64,000 nt of DNA from Nemertoderma westbladi (lineage: Eukaryota; Animalia; Xenacoelomorpha): the NCBI GenBank assembly GCA_032718475.1, contig JAUCBJ010000727.1, forward strand, positions 1-64,000, written 5' to 3'. Shown here piece by piece: positions 12,601 through 24,600 of the stretch. The number at the start of each line of letters is the position of its first letter. Positions within the stretch are counted from its first letter, which is position 1. The translations under genes were made by a program, and so were the position numbers. Under the pieces are notes generated by a model. It was not told the DNA's origin. It ran no database searches and saw only the letters and a list, made by a program, of their open reading frames with translations.

Positions 12601-15600
12601 CTATGGTCGTTTGGAAAGGAGCGCGGTTTGGATACCGATATCGCTGGAAACCAAAGGATGTCTGAACATTAACAAAACTCCAAAATTTTAAAATTATCTC
12701 AAGAAATTGAGCAGTTTTTCTCATAGATACATTCGAAATTGTCGTTGCCCTCAACACTCAAAGCAGCTATACTCGGGTTTCGGGTTAGGTACTCAAAATG
12801 TCTATATTTCGATGGCATTTTGGCAACAAGTACGAGATGGCAACAAGTACGCCTGGAAGTTGAGTTCTTTAAGGTCAATTAATTTTATTATATCCGAACT
12901 AATAAAATCTTCTAGTTGATCAATCGCGGGATTGCGTGTTTCTAAACTCGATCGTGAAGTTGTTCGCGGTTTCGGTGGTGGAGTTGGAACATATAGAGGA
13001 GGTGCGCCTGGAAACAAAGAAGGGGTTCACCGGGAACTTTAAAACGATTACCATTCTGTTTGATCCGCACACCATCCAGTACAGTGAATTTCGGGTATAT
13101 CTTTTGCGTAGAGGTATAGCCTACATAGAGGCTTCATGTAGGTATGTGTAGCCTACATGTAGATGCATGTGTAGGGTGAATGTAGGTAGGTGTAGTCCCA
13201 TAGATCGTAGATATTAATGTAATTTATGTGTCAACTTGCAGTAACGTGATACACGGTCGTCAATCAGGATGTATGGCAATAATCTCTGATCTCCACGGTA
13301 CAATACGGTACATCAACCTGCAGACCTGTCTGCTGTCAGACAACAGGTTTTACTGCATACTGCAGTACTGTAAAAATATCAAACATCGCGTTCTGATTAT
13401 ACTAAAGTCCCTTACTCGTCATAAATATTATGCCCTAATAAATTTGAGTATGCTAACGCCACGAAAGGCATCGTTCCATTAGATTAACTCGTTCTGATTT
13501 ATATGTTTATTGAGTAAGAGTAACCTAAACAAGAACAGCCATCATCGCGGGGACTATAGTCTACCAGAAACCCTGACCCCCCTCTGCCCCTCTTTATCTG
13601 TTTATCAACCATACATTCATGGGACTTGAACAGTACTTCAGCATTGAAATGTTTTGGACGTTTTGTTTTGAAAGTAAAAATATAGAAGTCTGGAAGTTTT
13701 GTTTGTTTTAATTTTTCAGGCAGTCACATTCCACCAACCAGCAACAGTCCCATCCCTTCCCACTATCCCGCGGACCACCACACTGTTTCATTATAAAGTA
13801 TTCCCATCTCGATGATGGGAATTAATCAGTAATCCGATGGGATTCAAATCCCATCTCGAAGTAACAGCAAAACACGAAAGTCAATAGCTTTACAGTTATA
13901 TTTGATTGCATTGAAAGTTAATAGAAAAAAAAAGTTAAATTGCATATCCATTAAAATATCATGAAATTGATATGGCAGTTTAGTAGATTAAAACGGCCAC
14001 AGCAAGATTTATAAAATGAAAAAATCAGCACAGCACACAATATTATCAATATAGACATTGAAGACAATTTAATAAACAAATACTATAAAAAAATATCTAC
14101 TAACAATCAATACATGATATATATAATATATATACATCAGCGACTACCATCGCCACTCTGGTTCAATCAGTCAGTCCGGTATCATTGTTAGCGTTTTGTT
14201 GAATTACCCACTCATCCTCAGACCCTCATGGACACCGACGACGAGCTCTAACCCTAACCGTTAGTCGATTCCTCCTTGACTGGAAACATCAGGTTCGGGC
14301 CGTTCGGCCCATACAAAGTCATTAGCCTCCATGCCTGAACCCGCAGGATCATAAGATCAACAGTATGTATCGGTATATCGTTCAGTCGTTTTTTCCTTTG
14401 TCAGTACTGTAGTATTGATAGGCTCCGTCTCGTAGGTATTCAGGGGACGCCCATTCGACGTATTCGCATCTCCTCCTGGTTGTTTCGGGTACCACCGCCC
14501 GCCATATGCGCATCTCTTCGTGGTTGTTCCGGGTACCACCCCCGTTCGCCGCATTCGCATCTCATCGAGGAAGTTCGGGTCCGGGTACCCCGTGTAGGCC
14601 TATTCATTCATCATTGTTGTTTTTAAAGACCTACTTACACCTACCTACATTCACCCTACACGTGCACCTACATGTAGGCAACACATACCTACATGTAGCC
14701 TCTATGTAGGCTATACCTCTACGCAAAAGTTATACCCGTGAATTTCTGAATTTGTATTCCAGTATTTCAGTATTGACTGATTGAGGATTGCATATTATCT
14801 GATTATGGCAGTACAGCAGTATGGTGTATGGCTGTATGTGGTCTGGTGGTATGGGTATAGGCCTATTTGGTTTATAATTTCAGTATTTTGGCTGTTTGGT
14901 TAGGCTGTTAGGGTTAGTTGGTCAGGCTGTCAGCAATCAGGGTTCAGGCAGACTATCATCATGACTGTCTGACTGTCAGACTGTACATCAGTACATCAAT
15001 GTACAGTCAGACAGTGCAGCAGTGTGCAACTGCCTGACTGCCAGACTGCGACTGTCAGACTGTAGTTTTGCACTGTCAGACTCTGAGACTGCGGACTGTG
15101 TACGGGGTTTCTGGAGCTTGAATGAGAGGCCGCGTAGACCAGTCGTACAAAGTTCAAACATGCTGCAGTCCGCGTTGTCGATACCCGTAAGGTAACGGTA
15201 CACCTGCAGCCTGGATGAGGTCGGCACGATAACGGCGATATCAGGATATTCAAGGGTCGGGAGACAGAGCCGTTTCAATCTAGATATCCGGTAATGCAGT
15301 GGTACGGTACCGGTACCGGCCAATGCAGTAATGACTGAATGAGGGGCGAACTAACCCCTGTACAGATTGACTGACAAACACAAAGACAACTAACTGTGAA
15401 GTGAACTGACAAACAGATGCTACAGGCCAAGACTACATCATCACTACATGGACTTTCCTCAATCGTCACTATCTCATGTACCGGTACGTTTATACATTGT
15501 AGATTGATGAATGTCAATAAGTTTTTTTTTAATTCGACTGACTGTTGTTAAGCAATGTACCGGTAATTTGGGATAATTCTTGTACATGTACTATACTGTG

Positions 15601-18600
15601 CTCTTTGCTGCATGAATTTCTTAATCGGTTATTTCATTATCGTATAATCTCATTTGCCATTACAATATTACTGCATTGCAATATAATTTAATACTCGGCT
15701 AATCAGCTAAATTAAATAGTCTAGTGCTTCTACTTATATCAGTATAAACATTTGTGTAAAACAATTAATTTTGCTGCTGCAAATTTATTGGTATATCAGG
15801 TATATTGTTAACCACTAATAATGGCTACAAATAACGATATATTATATAGAGCTCCAAGTGTCAAACCTCCAACATTGTCAGATCTTAAAGACGCAGCTGA
15901 AAGAACAGGACTAGTATTAGAGGAACATGAGTTTGAGGAATATCAGAAAGTCATGCATTCTGCTCTAAAATCTTACGATGTAATCTATGATCTACCAGAA
16001 CCTGTGCCACCCACTAAGTACCCACGATTACCCGGGTATCAGCCACATCCTGAGGATAACGTTGGGAGAGCTTGGTACTGGCGATGTGACATTAAGGGAG
16101 CTAAGGATGGTCTCTTAGCTGGTAAGTGTCTAGCGATCAAAGATAATGTCCACGTAGCTGGAGTTCCAATGATAAATGGTTCGAAATTAATTGAAGGTTT
16201 TATTCCACCATTTGATGCAACAATAGTAACAAGAATCTTGGACCAGGGAGGGCATATCATTGGAAAGGCATCCTGTGAGGATTTGTGTTTTTGTGGAAAC
16301 AGTTTCACATGCAGCTCTGGACCAGTACCAAATCCATTTTGCACTTCTAAAACTACAGGTGGCTCCAGTTCAGGCAGTGCTTATCTTGTAGCCAAGAAAG
16401 AAGTGGATATGGCAATAGGAGGTGACCAAGGGGGTTCTATTCGTCTTCCTTCCTGTTGGTCAGGGACTGTGGGTCTGAAACCCACTTTTGGCCTGGTGCC
16501 ATACACAGGAATCATGCCCATAGAATTAACAATTGATCACACTGGTCCCATCGCATCATGTGTTACAGACTGTGCTATTCTTCTTGAAGCTATTGCTGGA
16601 TATGATGGTGGCTTGGATCCAAGGCAACCATATAACATGCCAGTACCGAAATATTCTCTGTTGTTGACTGGCGATTTGGCTGGGAAGAAAATCGGTATCT
16701 TAGAAGAAGGATTTATTGATTGCGATCCTGAGGTGGAACTCTTGGTAAAAGGAGCGGCTAGAAAGTTAAGCGAAAGGGGAGCAACAGTTGACATGGTATC
16801 AATTCCAGAACATATGAAGGGTAAGGCGATATGGGATGCAATTGCTTTAGAAGGAACTTACAATCAAATGATTAAAGGAGCAGGCGATGGTATGAATTGG
16901 TCTGGTCAATATTCCACAGCTCTGAGAGATAAAGTGGCTAGAGGTTTGAAGACAAATATTAATGATATTTCTATCACACTAAAGTACACAATATTACTTT
17001 GTGAGTATCTTGCTGTGAATTACAACGGTCGCTTTTACTCTAAAGGTCAGAATTTAGTCCGTTGGTTGAGAGCTGCTTATGATAAAGCTCTGGAGAAATA
17101 TGACGTCCTGATTATGCCAACTATTAAATTTCCTGCTGTTAATATACCCAAGGAAAATGACAATATTGAGGAAATTCTAGACAAGGGATTTTGTATGTTG
17201 GCTAATACGGTTCAATTCAACATAACCCACCACCCGGCTCTCAGTATCAATGTAGGAGTCTCACAGAATCTACCTGTGGGAATGCAAATCGTCGGCAGAT
17301 GTTACGATGACGTCACTGTATTAAACGCAGCTTACGCATGGGAACTCGTATCTGATGGCCAATTCAATCCGAAATAGGATCAATCAGTACCACATTGACT
17401 GTGAATGTGCCCAGGTACACCATTTTACTGCTGCGCCTTTATACCAATGTATGCTCTGTAGCTCTGTAATTGTTATTTATTTCTTATGTTGTAATAATAA
17501 TTATTAATTATATTACCAAGTTTGTATATGTATACTAGGATGAAATTGCATCAAATTTAAATCAGTGGAAGTTATTCATTAGGGATGTATTTCTTAGTGG
17601 GTGAGTCTGGATTTATATTTTTGCTTTCACACCAGTTGTGTTACAATCAAGTGTTTGATAAAAGTGTATCCTCCATCAATCAGCACTATTGCACCACCTA
17701 TTGGTGCGATTGGAAGTGGCCAGTTAGTGTCTTTTATTAGACATTTCAGATCAATGTCTGTCCACCATTTTTCCTCTCAGCAAGCGGCTTCCATGGAACA
17801 AGAACATGATCAAATGCTGATCAGTTCTACGGCCGGCAAGACTCAAATGGAACAGTCCTGCCTGCAGCATAATACTGGGTATTGGCAATAAGGTGATTCT
17901 CGTTTATAAAGTGAGCATTGATATATCCAATGCCATGAACCCTGCATGCGTAGCATCACAGGGTTATCTGTTGTTTGTACCATCGATGTATATGGTGCCT
18001 TCTGCAGTATGTAAAGGGAACATTATACATGAAATGAAAACTACAATATAGATTGTATGCGATTGAATCAGAATGTCACCTTTCCTTTACAACCACTCTT
18101 TAAAAACAAATAATATATTTGCTGCGACTGATGCAATATTGGTGGGGAAACTTGTCAAATTGTTGAAAACCAATTTGAAAGGGAAAATTAAATTATATCG
18201 TAGATTGGACAGGACATGGTGCCTTACAGGTACTATTTATTTATGGTATATTATATATTTCAAATAATTAATTAGTATGTTTATTATTATAATGCCAGAC
18301 AGGTAATACACCACCTGCATTGAAATTTTACATATTTGTTTAATGTGATAAATTAGTATTATGAATTAAACAACCACTATAATACCATTGAAGAGACCAC
18401 TCTACCGTAAAATTAACTAGGCCAATATATAATTATTATAATACTGTAACTTTAAAAATATTTCATTATTTGAGCAAGAGTACGGTGTTCCCACCTGAAT
18501 GTGGTTGGAATAATATTAAATTAACTTATGTAATATTTATATAATTTAATTGTTTATAAATTCAATTCATTCATAGTTATGGTCAGACAATTTAGGTTGT

Positions 18601-21600
18601 ACCGGTAATAATTGTGCGTCTATTATGGGTATCCTGTTAATTGTTGCTGTTATGTACCCACTAGTTTGTTTTAAGGATGTTGTGCTTTTTCTGTCTTTAA
18701 TTTGTGATTATGTACTAAAATCTGAACATTAAATTTATACCAATAATGTTTGAACAATATTAAAAAAGCTTTTCATAATAAATCAAAGTTTCAACAAGCA
18801 ATTCCTAATTTCTGTAACAGACCAGTAGATAGTGATCAGGTTATTCCCAGAGCAGTGCAGTAGTGGTGAGGATACGGAAGCGAATACTCCATAAAATTAT
18901 TTCAAACACATCTGCGATAACGATATGCATTTTAGGCGTTTTTGACACAAAGAGGGATTACATTCATGTTGGTGCATTGCACATAAAGCCTTATCTATAT
19001 TGTTTACTATACATGTAATAATTATGTAGAATCATGAAGTGAGAATATGTCGAGGGGGTTGTGAAAATCATTGGGAAATTACTGCAGTGAGTGTTTTATG
19101 TTATCAGCAATTATTATGGATTAAAATCAAAGTTTGCAAGGAGTTTGTTTGACCTTTAGATGACAATTTCCAGATATGGTGAAGGCTTGATATCTTACAT
19201 ACTGTTAGTAGGCTTCTAATAATATTAGTAATAGTAATAATAATCCTAGTATCCCTACCGGTACTAATTATTTCATTCGTTTACAATTTAATGTTTCAAA
19301 ATAGTTATGTTTACAAAAGTTAGATTGAATTGTTCAACATTATGATGTGCGATGATAATAGTAAAGATACACCCCAGGTGGAGTAAATTAAGTGTAATAG
19401 GTAAGAATAGATAAGTATGGAAGTTAGATTGTTCATCCGTAAAATATCTGTTACATTTTGTAGTCTAGCAGGTTTGTGTTTTATAGCTGAAGTAAACAAT
19501 AAGGATTCGTAATAATTTGTCAATTACTAAATTTCACTGTTGTATAGTATATTTCGTGTTTTTTCTATTGGCACAAATTCCATCTCAGAGGAAAATATTA
19601 ATTATCAATTAATGGAAAGGAAAGGTCACAGCTTGACAGCGGCATTACATTCAAACCAAATCAATAAACGAATATCTATAGTTTGTCTACAGTTTTTGCC
19701 AACAATCCCCCACCACCTATCTGATATAAGCTGTATGTCAAAATTTAAAATGTTCATCTTACAAAGTGTCATAAAAAAACTGTAGATAGAATTGAGTTAG
19801 CAGATAACCGTATAGGTCTATATTATTGTCATAATACAAAATGGATAGTGATAAATTATTATACAGAGCTCCGAGTGTCAAACCTCCAACATTGTCGGAT
19901 CTTCAAGAAGCAGCTGAAAGAACAGGACTAGTATTAGAGGAACATGAGTTTGAGGAATATCAGAAAGTCATGCATTCTGCTCTCAAATCTTACGATGTAA
20001 TCTATGATCTACCAGAACCTGTGCCACCCACTAAGTACCCACGATTACCTGGTTATCAGCCACCTCCTGAGGATAACGTTGGGAGAGCTTGGTATTGGCG
20101 ATGTGACATTAAGGGAGCTAAGGATGGTCTTTTAGCTGGTAAGTGTCTAGCGATCAAAGACACTGTCCAGGTAGCTGGAGTTCCAATGTTATGTGGATCT
20201 AAACTTGTTGAAGGTTTTATTCCACCATTTGATGCAACAATTGTAACAAGAATCTTGGACCAGGGAGGGCATATCATTGGAAAGGCATCATGTGAAGATC
20301 TATGTTTGTGTGGAAACAGTTTCACATCCAGCTCTGGACCAGTGCCAAATCCATTTTGCTCCACTAAAAGCGCTGGTGGCTCCAGTTCAGGCAGTGCTTA
20401 TCTAGTGGCTAAGAAAGAAGTGGATATGGCAATAGGAGGTGACCAAGGGGGTTCTATACGTTTTCCGTCCTGCTGGTGTGGAGTTGTGGGTCTGAAACCC
20501 ACTTATGGCCTGGTGCCATACACAGGAATCATACCAGGAGATTTAACTATTGATCACGCAGGACCTATCACTTCATGTGTTACAGACTGTGCTATTCTTC
20601 TTGAAGCTATTGCTGGATATGATGGTGGCTTGGATCCAAGGCAACCATATAACATGCCGGTACCGAAATATTCTCAGTTGTTGACTGGCGATTTGGCTGG
20701 GAAGAAAATCGGTATCTTAGAAGAAGGATTTATTGATTGCGATCCTGAGGTGGAACTCTTGGTAAAAGGAGCGGCTAGAAAGTTAAGCGAAAGGGGAGCA
20801 ACAGTTGACATGGTATCAGTTCCAGAACATATTAAGGGTAAGGCGATATGGTATCCAATTACTTTAGAAGGATCTTACAATCATATGGTTAAAGGAGCAG
20901 GCGATGGTATGAATTGGTCTGGTCAATATTCCACAGCTCTGAGAGATAAAGTGGCTAGAGGTTTGAAGACAAATATTAATGATATTTCTATCACACTAAA
21001 GTATGCAACATTGCTTTGTGAGTATCTTGCTGTGAATTACAACGGTCGCTTTTATTCTAAAGCACAAAATTTAGTCCGTTGGTTGAGAGCTGCTTACGAT
21101 AAAGCTCTGGAGAAATATGATGTTCTGATTATGCCAACAATTAAATTCCCTGCTGTTGATCTACCCAAGGGAGATGATAATATTGGGGAAATCTTATACA
21201 AGGGAATGTGTATGTTGGAGAATACGGTTCAATTCAACATAACCCACCACCCGGCTCTCAGTATCAATGTAGGAGTCTCACAGAATCTACCTGTGGGAAT
21301 GCAAATCGTCGGCAGATGTTACGATGACGTCACTGTATTAAACGCAGCTTACGCATGGGAACTCGTATCTGATGGTCAATTTAATCCAAAATAATAAATT
21401 CGCTTTTGGTACTAAACTGACTTAGAATATAGCCTTTGTTTTCCGAGATTAGGCACTAGATAGGATCATGTTGAATGGTTTATATATAATATATTTTAAA
21501 GAAACGCGTTGCTTATTAGTTGAATAGTATTTGAGTTGGCAGCAATAAATAAATAAATAACTCTCCAGTAATTAAATAAAATTTATAGCCAATTGTTAGT

Positions 21601-24600
21601 TAATTTTAATCAATTTATCCATAAAATATTTACATTTTAGGGGGGGGGGGGGGGGGGGGGGGGGTTATAATGCACGATTAAATGTATGGTGTTTCCAAAT
21701 CTGGAAACCGCTATTTAATAGCTCTTAGTTTTCAAGTTATGTAAATTTCCATTTAGGGAATCCTATTTTCTGAGGGTGTCTACATAGCCACCCTAATACC
21801 GGTAGTCCTGGCTACTGCAGTAGCAGTAGGCCTTTAGACCTACACTGCTCAATGCTCATTGTTTGGAAAGCCAATAGTTTAAAAGCTGCCGAGTTGTACT
21901 ACATTACCCTTGTATTGTATGTGCGGCACGCCTCTAGACCGTCGTCCGTCATACCGGCGTTTATCTACAACCCGGCCCATAGGCGTACGGGAGCTATTTT
22001 GACTGGGGGGGGCAAAGTGAAAATATTCGCCCCCCCCCCCCCCCCCCCCCCTCCTTTCTCAAATTCGAACCCCCACAAAAATTTTCCCGGGCAACCCCCT
22101 TAAAAAATAATATGGGTGTCCGAAAACTAAGAAATTAATTAATGAATAAATTGAATCAAAATTATTAATAAAGTAAACATTAATTATAATAATACAAAAT
22201 TAATAATGAATATAATACAGTAATAAGTCTAAATATTATTAATCCTACTAATTAATAGAAGTAAGAGTCTCGTCCCTTTCTCCTACCAAAAATGTTTATT
22301 ATTCGCTCCATGGAGTTTCGAATGACCGAATTGGCATATTCTCGCTCTATATTTATAAGAGCTAAGTGTGTGAGTCTTGTCTGTCCCATTGTGGACCGGA
22401 TATAAGTTTTGAGTCTCCGAAGAAGACTGAACGTCCTGTCCTCTCTGGAGTGCATGATGCGGCTGGAATGACAGCTAAGATAAGTACGAGTACGACCTTG
22501 CTGAACTCAGGCAACATGGACTGTAATATGAACATGGGCATACTGTAATAGATACTATACTATAGTGTAAAGATGATAGAAAAAATAAAGTATTGAGGGT
22601 CTTTAGCTGGTTATATTATATTAGATAAAGATACAATAGCGCAATTACTGATGAAATTGTTGAAAAAATCGAAGATATTATCGATGAAGCTGTTGAAGAT
22701 AGGAAATCACATAGCTCTTCTTCGTCATCATCTACGACAAGCAAAAGTGAAACCGAACACATTTCTGCTGTGATTGAGAGTGGTGAAGCCGGAGATGATA
22801 TTGCTGCGATACATGCTACCGGTAGGTATTCCGATAGTTGTCGCAGATGTTTAAATTTTTATGTTGTTGTTGTGGATGTGGATGTGGGTGGTAGTGGTTG
22901 TTGATGTGGATAGGTTTTTGTATTTATTATTCTTTTATTTTGAGTGTTCATAATGAATGTTGTGGATTATCATAGTGATTAACTTTACATTTTTGTTCTA
23001 GAATGTTCTTATTCTTACCAGAGTATGTTTTTAACCAGTCATATAAGAGACAAGATGTGCCATAGGAAGACGTGCCATAACTTATATGGTTGTATTTTTG
23101 TTCTAGAATGTTCCTACCAGATTGCTGTTACTACCAGTGACGTAAGAGGGGCCGGAACTGATGCTAATGTATTCATTATTCTATACATACAAACAACTGT
23201 TTATAGCGCGACATGTGTCCACTTTACTACTGGAAATTGCGCCCATTTATTCTTGCAATTTGCGCCCCCTTTATTCTCGCAATTTGCGCCCCTTTGAGAT
23301 GTTCAGGGGGGCAATTGCCCCCCTGCCCCCCCCGCCCCGTACGCCTATGACCCGGCCCTACGGTCCCAATGCTAGTCAATGGGGTATTCCGAACCTGGTT
23401 TTTGTGGTTAACTTCGTTTTATTGTTTTGGTTACACCAACGAGTCTTTGCAACCTGCTCCTTTCCCATGGGACTGGGATATAACACCCCAAAGGAACTTA
23501 CTATTCACTAAGGTGCGCCGTGCCCGTGGCATAAAGCGAAACGTATGTGATTTTTTGGTTGGTATATCTTATCCTTGTTTCATTGGCTGGTTCGTATATG
23601 TCTTAATTGTACAATCAAAGCTTGGCGTTGGACCGGCTTTTATGGAGCAGCTTATAGGGTTTTTTATTTTACTTCCCTCTGTGGGATTATTCCTCATAGA
23701 GAAGCATTGGGACAACTGGGGCCCGCGGAACCGGACCAGGTTTTAGGGAGATCCGTATTAAATATACCCTGTTTGGCTGGGCTGGGTGCTTAAAATCGTC
23801 CCATCCCTAGCCTATGGGAAGGACTACAGGGGCCAGGGTGGTGGATATGGTTATTTGTACATAATTGTGTATGTTACGAATTTTGCAGCAAGCAGACAGT
23901 TGAAATCTTACAAATAGGAATTCTGATAGTTCAGTTTGCATTACTGAGATTAATTACGCGACCTTTAGATATTGTGCGACCTGGTTTCGCCTTTGGTCTA
24001 TGCATGGCAAGATGAGTGTATATAGTACAGTATGTACGTACTATGTACATAGCAATGACAAAGTTACATGCTTAGCTTAAAAGGCCATGCAGTACCTATA
24101 TTTTATTACTTTGCAACTGTCCACAATAATTTATTTATATATAAAAGCGTCATTATCATATTTAACTAACAATCGGTTTATTAACCTGTATTCAATTTCA
24201 TTAAGAATTATACGCCATTAGATTCTATAGTTCATCTACTTAATCTACAGTATATAGTGCTTCTATTATAATTTCAGGAAATATATGTTTCGCAAAATTA
24301 TTATAATTTCTTAATTTTCAAACGAGCTTCTATTTCAATAAGGTATAATTAAATACGGAATAATTAAATAAGGAATAATTAAGTAAGGAATAATTAAATA
24401 AGGAATAATTTATTCAAGAATAATTAAATAAGGAATAATTAAATAAGGAATAATTTATTAAAGAATAATTAAATAAGGAATAATTAAATAAGGAATAATT
24501 AAATAAGGAATAATTTATTAAAGAATAATTAAATAAGGAATAATTAAATAAGGAATAATTTATTAAAGAATAATTAAATAAGGAATAATTAAATAAGGAA

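Larger units (their letters stand above)
21978..23349. mobile_element. Non-autonomous hAT element with transposase C-terminal remnant and captured host sequence
   Basis: TIRs CATAGGCGTACGG / CCGTACGCCTATG; 8-bp TSD ACCCGGCC at 21970-21977 and 23350-23357. Confidence 0.9.

Noticed and set aside
21639-21664. Long G/C homopolymers (also near 7625, 9234, 22030, 27808, 33344, 42173, 46143) as G-quadruplex elements
   Set aside because: Several sit in MITE or LINE ends, and homopolymer lengths are unreliable; no evidence of function.
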